A DNA stretch of 56,006 nt, taken from a virus. Taxonomy: Duplodnaviria > Caudoviricetes. Each line of letters begins with the position of its first letter. Within the stretch, counting starts at the first letter, position 1. Made by a program: the position numbers and the translations under genes. The notes below the pieces were generated by a model. It made no database searches. It was not told the origin of the DNA and saw only the letters and a program-made list of their open reading frames with translations. Location of the stretch: positions 1 through 56,006 of the IMG/VR virus record IMGVR_UViG_3300038856_000078, one strand, 5' to 3'. Of the stretch, positions 1 through 10,456 are shown in pieces.

Positions 1-369
1 CCGCTGTCGCTGCAACCCTAATCGGCCAGGCCCTCGGCTGGATTTCCGAGCAGCGCGCCCAGAAGCCCGCGACCCGCGTCTTCACGGCCGAGGACCAGAA
101 GGACCCGTTCGAGAGGACGACGTGATGGAAGACTTTACTGTCTTTAAATGGTTTAAACTATCTGACCCCAATACTGTAATGGGTGAAGACCTTGACAAGA
201 TTCGAGAAGATCATCTCTTGTGGTGTACTATTAAGTTAGCTAATAGACAACAGGGCCGCTATGACAGAAAATGGAATGAACAAGTCTCTAACGCTGTCGA
301 CCGACTCACGGGCACCTGCCGTTGTGGTGGACCCGATGGACACGTCAAGCATGGGATACATTGTAGACT

Positions 370-654
370 ATGAAACGCACAATCTCTAAAACAACTCACG
401 AACCCAGTTCTGAGGAGTACGAGCTCTGCACCCATTGTAGAGGAGAAGGTACGAACTTGAAGCGTGGATACCAGCAAAGCATGGATGAAGCGATTGCGGT
501 TACGTGTCAGACATGCGGAGGCACTGGTGAGCAACCGGCGGGAACCAAGGCCAAGGAAGAAGCAGAGCGTAAACAGACTCAAATCAGGTGGCACCTTAAG
601 CAGCGTGATGAAGCTCAGGCTAAGCTTGACAAACTTGGATTTTATGATCTATGA
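370..654 (+). CDS. Small protein with DnaJ-type Zn-finger motifs
   Basis: CTHCRGEG and CQTCGGTG (CxxCxGxG twice); start overlaps the upstream stop. Confidence 0.6.
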   Translation: MKRTISKTTHEPSSEEYELCTHCRGEGTNLKRGYQQSMDEAIAVTCQTCGGTGEQPAGTKAKEEAERKQTQIRWHLKQRDEAQAKLDKLGFYDL

Positions 655-814
655 AAATAGCACAATTTCTCGGAAACTTAGCGGTTATTGGAGTTTTGGT
701 AGGAATAGTTTTTTGCCTTTTTTCAGAATTTAGTGTTGGTGTTCCTACCATTGTCATTTCCTTGTTCTTAGGATTCTGTATTGGGTTATTTTTGAGAGCG
801 GAGACTGATCCATT

Positions 815-1042
815 TTGAACCCCGAAGACATCGACTTCCTACCCACAGAAGACCTGCTCGCGAGTCTCTTCCGACGCTTCGACGCGGCTCTCTTCATTGG
901 GCACATGGCACGCAGTGATGAGGCTGGGGAAATTGTCTTCGAGACCTATGGCGACTTCCCCACATGTTACGGCCTCGCACAAATCTCGCTCGACGCCCTG
1001 TGTAGAAACAGCTTCCCTGATGACAGTACTCCAAGCGTTTGA
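815..1042 (+). CDS. Hypothetical phage protein
   Basis: 75 aa ORF in a tightly packed + strand operon. Confidence 0.5.
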   Translation: MNPEDIDFLPTEDLLASLFRRFDAALFIGHMARSDEAGEIVFETYGDFPTCYGLAQISLDALCRNSFPDDSTPSV

Positions 1043-1370
1043 CGCCGAGTTCTCGCAATACGACTGGTACCACAGTGCTAAAGGCGAGCTCGGCAACTTA
1101 GTCCTCTTCACGAAACGTCCCCTCACCGACCTCGAGCGCTTATTTGTGCCCTTGCGGTGGTTCGGGGTGAAGGTGTGTATTCATGAATGATGTAGCCCCT
1201 ATCATTGCGATGATTCTCTTAGGTTTTTTTGGGTGGGCGTCTTTTTGTAATTGTCTATTCGGATGGGTTTGGTATCTTTGGCCTGAAGACCGTTGGGAGT
1301 GGCTTCCCTGTTCCTTCCTTTACATCGGCATTTTCGGAGTAATCTGTGCCCTCCTCAGAGCATTTGTTTA

Positions 1371-1739
1371 ATGAATGAAGTAACAATAGACCAGTACCCA
1401 AAGGTAGGATTAGCTCGTATAGGGGTATGGTACCCTCGATGTGAAGGTAACATTCATACATTCGAAGTTGACATGTATGACGTTCGCGCGTCTGATGGCT
1501 TTAGGTTCACCTACGATTTCGAACGTGACGGCTGGTCTATCACACAATCTGACGAAGAAGGGGAGTGGGAAGAGACTCACTTCGTTCAGTCGTGGGCCAA
1601 GAACCGAACAGCTTGGGCTGAAGGTTGTTTCGCAAATGACCTCCGTGCCATGACGGCCACCCCCACTGACACCATTACGCGCTGTATCGCGACTGGCCGC
1701 GACGAATACACCCTTACGCCTCCGGTGATACCATCGTGA
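1371..1739 (+). CDS. Hypothetical phage protein
   Basis: Likely start MNEVTIDQ overlapping the upstream stop; stop overlaps the helicase start. Confidence 0.55.
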   Translation: MNEVTIDQYPKVGLARIGVWYPRCEGNIHTFEVDMYDVRASDGFRFTYDFERDGWSITQSDEEGEWEETHFVQSWAKNRTAWAEGCFANDLRAMTATPTDTITRCIATGRDEYTLTPPVIPS

Positions 1740-3202
1740 TGTTTAAAACCCCTCCCCGCCCACACCAAGCCGAGGACTTCGAGCGAGCGAAGGATGAGGC
1801 TGCATGGGGACACTTCTGGGGCGTCGGAGCCGGGAAGTCATGGATGGGGGTCAATCAGGCGGCCCTCCTCTATCGCAAAGGCGAGATTGATGCGATGCTC
1901 GTGGTCGCGCCCTCCTCGGTCCATGAGATGTGGATTTCGGAGCAGATAGCTGAGCACATGCCCGACGACATTCCGTGGACTGGCCATATCTACTTCTCCT
2001 CGCGAGCTCGAACCAAGAAGTTCCAGAGGGAACTCAAGGCGATGTTCAAAGAAAAGTTCCCCATCTTGGTCATCACATACCCAGCATGCCGCACCTCCCG
2101 CGGCAAGAACGACAAGCGGGGGACGGTGGTGGGCAAAGACCTCGTCATGAAGTTCCTCAAGGAGCGGAAGGTGTTCTTCTGTGCAGATGAGTCGCAGTTC
2201 ATGAAGACCCCAGGTGCCAAGATTACAAAGATGTTAACCGCCGCATCGCGGTACGCGAAGCACAAGAGGATATTCTCAGGCACAAGCATCACGAACAGCC
2301 CATTCGACATCTACTCGCAGCTTCGGTTTCTGGACGGGTCGTTCTGGCCTCGGAAGGGCTTTGGGTCATATCAATCATTCAAGACCACGTTCGGCGAGTT
2401 CGAAGAGATGCGGCTCGCGGACCGCAGGTTCCAGCGCCTCAAGGGCTACAAGAACCTCGACTACCTACGCGAGATTATCAAGGACATTTCAGACCATCAT
2501 ACCACAGAGGAGGTCCTCGACCTACCAGAAAGGACATTCACCAAGCGTTTCTTCGACCCGTCCCCAGAGCAGCGCCGCATGTATAAGGACCTGCAGCGAG
2601 ACTTCTACACCTTCCTCGACGAGCAAGATGACCTCATCACTACCCAGCTCGTAATCACCCGCCTCGTGCGTTTCCAGCAGCTCTTGTCTGGGTTCATTGA
2701 GACTGACGAGGGAGGCTTCCAGCGCTTGTCCTCCAACCCACGCCTTGCGCTCCTCGAAGACATTCTTGAGAATGAGATACCCGGCAAGAAGGCGATTATA
2801 TGGGCCAAGTTTAAGGAAGACATTTCGCAGATATGTGGTAAAATGGGTGACGCAGCCGTAAGGTTTGATGGCTCAGTCAAAGAGACTGACCGGCTTGAGG
2901 CCCGCATGCGCTTCAAGAAAGACCCTAAGTGCCTCTACTTCGTGGCGAACCCCGCCGCTGGTGGAACGGGCCTTACCCTCAACGAGGCGAACGTGACTAT
3001 CTATTACAACAACTCCTTCAACCTCGCCCAGCGCCTTCAGTCCGAGGGGAGGAACCATCGCATGGGCCAGACAGGTACGGTTCTGGTGATTGACCTCTTG
3101 GCTCGAGGCTTGGGAATTGATTGGCATATTCTTCAGCGACTCCGTGAAAAGCGTGAAATGATTGACACTGTGTTTGGACACGAGGTGCGAGAATGGATAT
3201 AG
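1736..3202 (+). CDS. SNF2-like (SF2) phage helicase
   Basis: PRPHQ Q-motif, GAGKS Walker A, DESQ Walker B, SGT motif III, GGTGLTL and QSEGRNHRMGQ (motifs V and VI). Confidence 0.92.
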   Translation: MMFKTPPRPHQAEDFERAKDEAAWGHFWGVGAGKSWMGVNQAALLYRKGEIDAMLVVAPSSVHEMWISEQIAEHMPDDIPWTGHIYFSSRARTKKFQRELKAMFKEKFPILVITYPACRTSRGKNDKRGTVVGKDLVMKFLKERKVFFCADESQFMKTPGAKITKMLTAASRYAKHKRIFSGTSITNSPFDIYSQLRFLDGSFWPRKGFGSYQSFKTTFGEFEEMRLADRRFQRLKGYKNLDYLREIIKDISDHHTTEEVLDLPERTFTKRFFDPSPEQRRMYKDLQRDFYTFLDEQDDLITTQLVITRLVRFQQLLSGFIETDEGGFQRLSSNPRLALLEDILENEIPGKKAIIWAKFKEDISQICGKMGDAAVRFDGSVKETDRLEARMRFKKDPKCLYFVANPAAGGTGLTLNEANVTIYYNNSFNLAQRLQSEGRNHRMGQTGTVLVIDLLARGLGIDWHILQRLREKREMIDTVFGHEVREWI

Positions 3203-3289
3203 CAGCTATTGTATGTCTTTCTGTAATTACCTTTGGATTTATGTTTTTTCTGGTTGTGGCCGCTATCGGCGTTATTAGAAGTTGGTGAC

Positions 3290-3799
3290 ATGGATAAACT
3301 ACAACGACTCGAAGAGTTGACCAAGCAGATGGACGCCTCGTTCGAAGAGGTGGCGGGGCTCGAGGCCAAGCTGAAGGAGGCCAAGGAGAACAAACGCATG
3401 CTTCAGGAGGATATCATTCCCGAAGCCATGCACGAGGTGGGTCAGGACCTCCTCAAGCTTCCTTCTGGCCGCTACCTGTCTTTGGAACACGAACTCAAAG
3501 TTCGTGTTCCAAAGAACGCAGAGGACGAGGCGTACTCGTACCTCGAAGACCTCGGGGAAGGCGGCATGATTAAGCGGTCCGTGGTCGTAGAGTTCAGACA
3601 GGACCAGGAAGAGGACGCTGTCGCGGCACTCGAAGCCCTGCGCCACGCCGGCTTCCACCAAGCATTCGTAAAGAAGAGTCACCACTGGAACACCCTTCAA
3701 GCATGGGTCAAAGCACAAATGGAGGATGGCAAGGAAGTACCCCGAGAGTTGTTTGGCATTTACGAACGAGACGTAGCACAGGTTAAGAAGAAGGTATGA
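3290..3799 (+). CDS. Conserved phage replication-module protein (coiled-coil N-terminus)
   Basis: IPEAMHEVG and HWNTLQAWVK motifs, typical of the gene between helicase and SSB in PolA/SNF2 phages. Confidence 0.7.
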   Translation: MDKLQRLEELTKQMDASFEEVAGLEAKLKEAKENKRMLQEDIIPEAMHEVGQDLLKLPSGRYLSLEHELKVRVPKNAEDEAYSYLEDLGEGGMIKRSVVVEFRQDQEEDAVAALEALRHAGFHQAFVKKSHHWNTLQAWVKAQMEDGKEVPRELFGIYERDVAQVKKKV

Positions 3800-3990
3800 A
3801 TTGGACTTCCCTAATACGTGCCTCGGGCCTCAAGGAGTGGGTCTGTGAGCATGGAGTAGGTCACCCTGACCCAAGTTCCGCTTCGGAGCTTGACGAGGAG
3901 TGTGGTTGGAAGGATTGTTGGGGAATTCACGGATGTTGTGGATGTTGTGCAAGAAAAGATTTTCCAGGACGAAAGGAAACCAATGGCTAA
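3796..3990 (+). CDS. Small Cys/His-rich metal-binding protein
   Basis: CEHGVGHPDP...HGCCGCC; translationally coupled to neighbours. Confidence 0.6.
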   Translation: MNWTSLIRASGLKEWVCEHGVGHPDPSSASELDEECGWKDCWGIHGCCGCCARKDFPGRKETNG

Positions 3991-4804
3991 GAAGACAGAA
4001 CTTGCGATTAAGCGTGACGAAGAGACGGGCCTCGTCGTAATGGACATTCCCTCGGAGCTCGCTGGGCGTGGGACCGAGCAGCTTACCTCGGAGGACCGGT
4101 CGATTGCGTGGCTCAAGCTCCTCCAGGGAGGCAGTCCTGAGATTAAGTCCTCGCGGACCCGCGTTGAGGGTGCGTCCCCGGGGATGTTTTACAACTCGGC
4201 GACCGGTGACCTGTTCAACGATGTGGAGATTACGATCTGCACCACCGAGCGCCAGTTCACGGAGTGGACGCCCGAGGACAAGGGCGGCGGTTTTGTGGGT
4301 AAGCATGACGCGGCCAGCCCCATTGTACGTGAGGCCATCGCTTATTCCAAGCAGGAGGACATCTGGCCGATTCGACGGCCCAACGGCAACGAGCTGATTG
4401 ACACGCGCTACCTCTACGTGTTGGCGGGAGAGGCCACAGAGGCTGCGGTCTTCGCTATCTCCTCGAAGAAGCTCAAGACCTACAAGAATCTCATGGCGCG
4501 CATTCATAACTTCCGGGTCCTTAACTCTGCGGGTGAGAGAGTCCAGCCTCCTCTGTGCGCGATTCGTATCCTGTGCTCGTCGTTCGACGATTCGGCCAAG
4601 GGTCACGACTTCTCGAACCTGACCCTGGAGCCTGCGGTGGACAATGACCTCGCCAAGAGCCTCTTGCCCATGGACGATCCGCGTGTTAAAATTGGGCTTC
4701 AGGTCGCCGACGACTTCGACAACTCGCGTCTCAAGGTCGATTACGCCGGCGAGCGGGACTCGTCGGACAATAATGAGGTTATTGATGTAAAGGTGTTTGA
4801 ATGA
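3983..4804 (+). CDS. Putative single-stranded DNA-binding/annealing protein
   Basis: SD AAGGA before ATG 3983; LKLLQGGSPE, EWTP..GGGFVG motifs; acidic C-tail; position in the replication module. Confidence 0.6.
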   Translation: MAKKTELAIKRDEETGLVVMDIPSELAGRGTEQLTSEDRSIAWLKLLQGGSPEIKSSRTRVEGASPGMFYNSATGDLFNDVEITICTTERQFTEWTPEDKGGGFVGKHDAASPIVREAIAYSKQEDIWPIRRPNGNELIDTRYLYVLAGEATEAAVFAISSKKLKTYKNLMARIHNFRVLNSAGERVQPPLCAIRILCSSFDDSAKGHDFSNLTLEPAVDNDLAKSLLPMDDPRVKIGLQVADDFDNSRLKVDYAGERDSSDNNEVIDVKVFE

Positions 4805-5055
4805 TGAAGTACGTTTTTCTTTGCGGAGTTCTGTGCCTCTGCGGCTGTACAGATTCAAAATGGAAGTCATACACGTCTCTTGGTAGTTCAATGCGTGTCA
4901 CGTTGTATTCTGGTGGGGAAGCAGTAAAGACATGGGTTTCTACTGGAAAGGTGACATCCGGAGAACACGGAACACGTTTCGCGTTTGTCGACTCAAAGAC
5001 TAAGGCCTATGTTCGAGTAACTGGCGATGTTTGTGTTGAGGAGATTACTAAATGA
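4801..5055 (+). CDS. Small phage lipoprotein
   Basis: Signal peptide with lipobox LCGC; LYSGG..W.STGKV motif. Confidence 0.65.
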   Translation: MMKYVFLCGVLCLCGCTDSKWKSYTSLGSSMRVTLYSGGEAVKTWVSTGKVTSGEHGTRFAFVDSKTKAYVRVTGDVCVEEITK

Positions 5056-5309
5056 AGACTTACTTTTTGATCTGCATCCTGATGTGCCTCGTAGGCTGCG
5101 GTACTCTCGGTAGTATTCAGGACGCGGCCAACAAGGTCGGGGACATTGCGAACAAGACTGGCGACGTTGTCAGTGAAGTCAAGGAGTCCGCGGCCGAGCA
5201 TGATTGGGCCAGCATCATTGAGAAGATTGCCTACGGCGTTGGTGCCGTGGCCGGTGTCGCAGGTGGCGGAATGTATTTGAACAAGAGAAGGAAGGCAGGT
5301 AAAGTATGA
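5052..5309 (+). CDS. Lipoprotein with C-terminal Gly-rich TM segment and basic tail
   Basis: Lipobox LVGC; IAYGVGAVAGVAGGGMYL followed by NKRRKAGKV. Confidence 0.65.
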   Translation: MKTYFLICILMCLVGCGTLGSIQDAANKVGDIANKTGDVVSEVKESAAEHDWASIIEKIAYGVGAVAGVAGGGMYLNKRRKAGKV

Positions 5310-5482
5310 TTCTTTGCAAGAATGACGACGGCTTGTATGTTGTTCCTCTTGGTTCGGTTGAGGAAAACTTTTTTGAACTCCTTGGACTGAGCCTTCGAGA
5401 AGGAAACACTGTAAAGTTAGGTATTAAGGACGTAGCTGAAAGTTCAGAGCATGTTGCGGACCTTAAGATTCGGATTGACTAA

Positions 5483-6682
5483 ATGAACCTCTCAGCCCAA
5501 CAGACCTCAGCATTGGACGCGATTCACTCGTGGATTCGGGACAAGGACGCTCCCTGCTTTTACCTCGCGGGAGCCGCCGGTACCGGGAAGACGACCCTCG
5601 CGCAGTATGTGGCCGAGGGCCAGAACACCGCATTCCTGAGTTTTACCGGCAAGGCGGCATCGGTGCTGAGGTCCAAGGGCTGCGAGGGCGCGACAACGGT
5701 ACACTCCCAGATATACACGGTCAAAGAGAGGGACAAGACGGAACTCCAGAGGCTCGAGGCGGAGTATGAGAAGACAGGTGACGAGAGGCTCTTGCTCAAA
5801 CTCAAGAAGGCCCGAAAGGAAGCCCAGAGCCCAAGCTTCACACTCAACCCCAATTCCGCTATCCGAGACTGCGACCTCATAATCCTTGACGAGTGCAGCA
5901 TGATCGACGAATTCATGGGCAACGACCTCCTCAGCTTCGGAGTTCCGATTCTTGTTTTGGGTGACCGCCACCAGCTTCCCCCAGTGAAGGGCACAGGGTT
6001 CTTCACCAATCAGACTCCGGACTTCGAGCTCACGGAGATTCACCGCCAGGCGCTCGACTCTGGAATCATTCAGTTCGCAACCGACATCCGGAAGGGCCGA
6101 CCCGTATACGTGGACGGCTACTACGGCCCAGACGTGAAAATCGTGACACAGGAGGAGTTCGTTGAACAGATACGGCCGTACATTGTTCCGCCTACGCAAG
6201 TACTTGTTGGGCTCAACAAAACTCGAAACAAGGCGAACCGCCTCCTGCGCGACCAGATGGGGTTCTACAACAAGTACCCAATGGAGAGAGACCGCGTCAT
6301 TTGCCTCCGCAACAATCACGACAAGGGCCTGTTGAATGGGGCACAGTTCGAGGTTCTCGAAGGCGCGGAGGCCTCGGCCTATGACGACTACATGCGGATG
6401 ACAATCCGCAGCGACGAGGGCGAAGAGTTCCGCGTCAAGTTCCATAGGGAGGTCTTCCATATCGACGAGAAGGGCCGGAACGAGGAGCCTGATTGGCGTT
6501 TCGCTAAAGAAGCCGAGTTTTTTGATTTCGCCTGCGCCATTACGGTACATAAGAGCCAGGGCTCGGAGTACGATGACGTCGTGGTCATTGACGAGAGCCG
6601 CAGGTTCTACGAAAAGGGCCGCAAGCACCGCTACACCGCCGCGACTCGGGCGGCTAAGCATTTGACATGGGTGGTAGGATGA
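5483..6682 (+). CDS. Dda/RecD-like SF1B DNA helicase
   Basis: GAAGTGKTT, DECSM, GDRHQLPPV, LTEIHRQ, AITVHKSQGSEY, YTAATRA. Confidence 0.93.
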   Translation: MNLSAQQTSALDAIHSWIRDKDAPCFYLAGAAGTGKTTLAQYVAEGQNTAFLSFTGKAASVLRSKGCEGATTVHSQIYTVKERDKTELQRLEAEYEKTGDERLLLKLKKARKEAQSPSFTLNPNSAIRDCDLIILDECSMIDEFMGNDLLSFGVPILVLGDRHQLPPVKGTGFFTNQTPDFELTEIHRQALDSGIIQFATDIRKGRPVYVDGYYGPDVKIVTQEEFVEQIRPYIVPPTQVLVGLNKTRNKANRLLRDQMGFYNKYPMERDRVICLRNNHDKGLLNGAQFEVLEGAEASAYDDYMRMTIRSDEGEEFRVKFHREVFHIDEKGRNEEPDWRFAKEAEFFDFACAITVHKSQGSEYDDVVVIDESRRFYEKGRKHRYTAATRAAKHLTWVVG

Positions 6683-6841
6683 AGTTCCCCTGTGCGTGCC
6701 CCGACGTCAAGGACTGTCCGAACGAACTCAGTGTGTCGGAGTCCGAGTTCTTCGACGATATGTTGGCGTTCCGCGTCAAGGGTAAAGGCGCGCTGCTGGG
6801 CAAGGAAGAGATTATGAAGTTGATTGAGTATTTGGAGAAGC

Positions 6842-7387
6842 ATGCCTGACCTAACAACTAAAGTCCTCCGAGCACGCGAGGCGGGAGCCGTGAAGCGGCT
6901 TCACACACTGCCCGTCGTAGGGCATTATGATATTGCCCAGCATTGTTACGGGATGTTGACGTTGCTGGACCTCTTCGCACGTCGAAACAGCCTCATTTTG
7001 AATGACAAGGACTACCGAGACCTGCAGCAGCACATCCTCTACCACGACACCCACGAGCGCTTTACAGGGGACGTGCCCAATGGGCTGCGGCACCTTGACA
7101 AAGTCTCGTCGTCTGCTGGGCATTTTCGAGAACTCCAAGAGGCGGTTGACAATAAGCTGGGTTATATCCAGGGGGACCTATCCCCTCATCAGTACAACTG
7201 GTTCAAGTCCCTCGACCGGCTTGAGTTCCTGCTGACGTGCTACGACCAGAGGGCGCTTGGGAACAAGAACATTGAGCCCTGCATCGCGTATGAAGAGAAG
7301 TGGTTCGCGACCTCGGAGATTGTGCCTTCGGAAGTGCGGAAGTTCGTGGCTGATTTTGAATGGAGGCGAACCTCAAATGAACTATAA
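6842..7387 (+). CDS. HD-domain nucleotide phosphohydrolase (YfbR/DatZ-like)
   Basis: VKRLH, IAQHCY, LYHDTHERFTGDVP, KSLDRLE motifs. Confidence 0.85.
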   Translation: MPDLTTKVLRAREAGAVKRLHTLPVVGHYDIAQHCYGMLTLLDLFARRNSLILNDKDYRDLQQHILYHDTHERFTGDVPNGLRHLDKVSSSAGHFRELQEAVDNKLGYIQGDLSPHQYNWFKSLDRLEFLLTCYDQRALGNKNIEPCIAYEEKWFATSEIVPSEVRKFVADFEWRRTSNEL

Positions 7388-7630
7388 GACATCCTATGAC
7401 CGTGCTCTCTTGTTGAGCTACGGCGAGCGCCATGTTGGGCGGAAGCCTACTTGGCGAGAATGGATTGCGGAGAAAATCCTCCGAGTACGTGTCGAGAGAC
7501 TACCGGACTACTTCAACCATGCCCAAGAGACTGCGGCGCACATGGTCGAGTCGGGGGACAAGGTACGTAAGGACACGTTCTACACAGTAGGTGGCAAAAT
7601 GGAAATTGAGTTTAGGTTCGTGGAGGATAA

Positions 7631-9250
7631 ATGACTGACGAGTTTTCGAGGTTCGCAGAGCTGACGTATAACAACAAGTACCGGAAGGCCGGGGAGACGT
7701 GGGTCAAGACCGCATGGCGCGTGGCCACTGAGGTCTACTCCGCAGTCGACGCGCCCAACAGCCTGGTCCAAGCCACGGCACAAACTTTCGCGGACCGCAA
7801 GGCCCTCGCTGGTGGCCGCTATTTTTATGCTGCTGGTCTCCCGATTCACCAGTGCCAGAACTGTTCGCTGTACATGGCGGAAGACTCGCGGGAAGGCTGG
7901 TCGTCGCTGTTCCGTAAGGCATCCCTGGCCCTCATGACAGGAGCAGGAATCGGGGTTGTGTATTCGAACATTCGGGAAGAGGGCGCTGACATTAAGGGAA
8001 CGGGAGGCATTGCGACAGGTCCCATTGCCCTCATGCAAATCCTGAACGAGATGGGTCGCGGCATCATGCAGGGAGGGAGCCGCCGCTCCGCAATCTGGGC
8101 CGGGCTTCACTGGAACCATCCTGACATCGAGAAGTTCATTCACCTCAAGAACTGGAAGGAAGAGGTGAGGGACCTCAAGGCGCGGGACTTCAACTTCCCG
8201 GCCACGATGGACATGACCAACATTTCTGTAATCCTTGACGACGAGTTCTTCGCCGCGTACCATGACAACGGACACCCACAACATGTCCTTGCCTCGACCG
8301 TGTATTGGGAAACGATTGAGCGCATGCTTCGAACCTCCGAGCCGGGATTCTCGGTCGACGTGGGAGAGAACGCTGGTGAACACCTCAGGAATGCCTGCAC
8401 CGAAATTACGAGCCGCGACGACTCGGACATCTGCAACCTCATCTCTGGCAACATGGCGCGGATCGAGTCTCACTCCGACATGGAACGCGTCATGAACCAT
8501 TCCACGGCCTTCGCCATCGCGGGTTCGGTCTACTCGGATTTGCCCCATGAAGAGATACGAGCGGTCCGCGAGAAGAACAGGCGAATCGGAGTCGGGCTCA
8601 TGGGTCTGCACGAGTGGCTCTTGGTGCGTGGGAAGAAGTATGGGCCTGACGCCGAGCTCGAGGAGTACCTCAAGATTTACCGTGACTGTACAGACGTCGC
8701 GGCTCGGGACTGGGCTCGCGAGTGGAGGCTCTCGGAGCCAATCAAGAAGCGCGCCATTGCCCCGACCGGGACCATCTCCATCGTCGCAGGTCCCACGACT
8801 TCGGGCATTGAGCCGCTCTTCTGTGCGTCGTACATGCGGCGCTACCTGAAGGGGAAGACGTGGTGTGAGGAGTACGTCATTGACCCAGTTGTCAAGCGCC
8901 TCGTGGCCGAGGGGCACGACCCTGCAGACATCGAGGACGCGTACACGATTGACACGGAGCGTCGTCTCGAGTTCCAGGCGTGGGTTCAGCAGTACGTGGA
9001 CCATGCGATTTCCTCGACTATCAATCTCCCTGCTTGGGGCACGGAGCGAAACAACAAACAAACTTTGCAGTGCTATGGGAACCTATTCATGAAGTACCTA
9101 CCCCGCCTTCGTGGGCTGACATGCTACGCCGACGGGTCTCGTTCCGGCCAGCCCCTGACGCCTGTCCCATACAACGAAGCCTTGGCCCACACCGAGTCAT
9201 ACGGCGACGTCTGCGACGTGTCGGGGAAAGGGGGGAGTTGTGGAGCGTAG
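7631..9250 (+). CDS. nrdJ: Ribonucleotide reductase, probably class II (B12-dependent), compact 539 aa
   Basis: QNCSL, GGSRRSAIW, NACTEI (thiyl Cys/Glu), CNL, IAPTGTIS, C-terminal Cys pair; no beta-subunit gene in the window. Confidence 0.85.
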   Translation: MTDEFSRFAELTYNNKYRKAGETWVKTAWRVATEVYSAVDAPNSLVQATAQTFADRKALAGGRYFYAAGLPIHQCQNCSLYMAEDSREGWSSLFRKASLALMTGAGIGVVYSNIREEGADIKGTGGIATGPIALMQILNEMGRGIMQGGSRRSAIWAGLHWNHPDIEKFIHLKNWKEEVRDLKARDFNFPATMDMTNISVILDDEFFAAYHDNGHPQHVLASTVYWETIERMLRTSEPGFSVDVGENAGEHLRNACTEITSRDDSDICNLISGNMARIESHSDMERVMNHSTAFAIAGSVYSDLPHEEIRAVREKNRRIGVGLMGLHEWLLVRGKKYGPDAELEEYLKIYRDCTDVAARDWAREWRLSEPIKKRAIAPTGTISIVAGPTTSGIEPLFCASYMRRYLKGKTWCEEYVIDPVVKRLVAEGHDPADIEDAYTIDTERRLEFQAWVQQYVDHAISSTINLPAWGTERNNKQTLQCYGNLFMKYLPRLRGLTCYADGSRSGQPLTPVPYNEALAHTESYGDVCDVSGKGGSCGA

Positions 9251-9575
9251 AACACTAAGAAAAGAACTCGGCACCTTTGAATTCGAGTATAAAGAATATA
9301 GGGGAGAAGGTTGGCCACAAGATAAATGGCAGACTCCTATTAGTGCTCTAATAAACTGGCTGCAAGACGCTGTTCGCGCAAATAAAGACAAAGAATTGTT
9401 TGTTGAACTGGACGTTCCTTACGAAAACGAACCCAGTGACTTGCTCCTCATCGAGGAATGTGAAGAACCGGAAGAGGCATACCGGGAACGTGAGCAGTTC
9501 ATGTTGGAAAAGCAAATGAAGGAGAAAGAGGAGCGCCGCAAGAAGTACGAGGAACTCAAGAAGGAATTCGAATGA
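9240..9575 (+). CDS. Hypothetical phage protein
   Basis: 111 aa ORF with a charged C-terminal helix (ERRKKYEELKKEFE). Confidence 0.55.
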   Translation: MERRTLRKELGTFEFEYKEYRGEGWPQDKWQTPISALINWLQDAVRANKDKELFVELDVPYENEPSDLLLIEECEEPEEAYREREQFMLEKQMKEKEERRKKYEELKKEFE

Positions 9576-9695
9576 CAGCCGACGAAGCTCTCATTAAAAT
9601 CTATTGGCTCGTGAATGGACACAAGCATAAGTATGACACCGAAATCCGTGAGATTATCGACAAGGTCCAGTACTACGCATGGGAAGGAATGAAAG

Positions 9696-10208
9696 ATGAA
9701 TGAAACACTAAAGCTTGCATTGGAATACTGGGTCATGAACCTTGCCGATGATCCTACAATTTTTTGCCTAACAGAAGAAGAGGGAAAGAGGCACCTCGCG
9801 GAGGCAGAGGCTCTCTTAACGAAACTTCCTGAAGAGACCACCGCGTCAATCGGCAAGTGGGGCATCGAGACGTTCGGCAAGGTCCGCGACCCTGCGGCCT
9901 TCATTGGCCGGGCGCTCGAGGAGATGGTGGAGTTGATTGATGGGTGCGTAGTGCTTAATGACTTCCAGCATCACAATCTCGACGTCCTGACTTTAGTGGC
10001 TAACTTCCTTAAGGATGAGGCTAAAATCCTTCGTAAAGCCTACTCGGCTGAGGAGGCTGCCGACATCCGAATCTTCCTCGAGCACTTCAACTACGCCCTC
10101 GGGGTTGACGGCCAAGAGGAGGTCGACAAGAAGATAGCAATCAATCGTGAACGTACTTGGAACATCGACCCAAAGAGTGGAACGGCGCAACATAAGGAGA
10201 CGACGTAA
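9696..10208 (+). CDS. MazG-like / DUF550-type dNTP pyrophosphohydrolase
   Basis: WGIETFG, ALEEMVEL, EEAADIRI, KKIAINRERTW...QH motifs. Confidence 0.75.
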   Translation: MNETLKLALEYWVMNLADDPTIFCLTEEEGKRHLAEAEALLTKLPEETTASIGKWGIETFGKVRDPAAFIGRALEEMVELIDGCVVLNDFQHHNLDVLTLVANFLKDEAKILRKAYSAEEAADIRIFLEHFNYALGVDGQEEVDKKIAINRERTWNIDPKSGTAQHKETT

Positions 10209-10456
10209 TGAATCTCAAAGAACAGCAAAGTTTACTTGTTATCGGCATGCTTCTCTGCCTATGGCTCTCGCTCGTCTCAGTAATGACCGTATGGACCGAC
10301 GCTGAAGTTGATTGGGTCGCGGCTAAGATGAAGGAGGAGCCCGTCGACATTCACTGGGGCTGGTCCGCTGCTATTGTGGTCCTGCCCGTTACTGCTCCCT
10401 TCGCCTTGCCTTTCAACATTGGCTGTGAAATCTACGCAGCATTTGAGGGAGAATGA
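10208..10456 (+). CDS. Small membrane protein
   Basis: Two hydrophobic segments; coupled to neighbours. Confidence 0.5.
   Translation: MNLKEQQSLLVIGMLLCLWLSLVSVMTVWTDAEVDWVAAKMKEEPVDIHWGWSAAIVVLPVTAPFALPFNIGCEIYAAFEGE

Noticed and set aside
7580-9061. Long antisense ORFs (also 3830-4891, 5507-6661, 10432-11487, 21653-23392, 39482-40702)
   Set aside because: Shadows of well-supported genes produced by GC-rich codon bias; no motifs.
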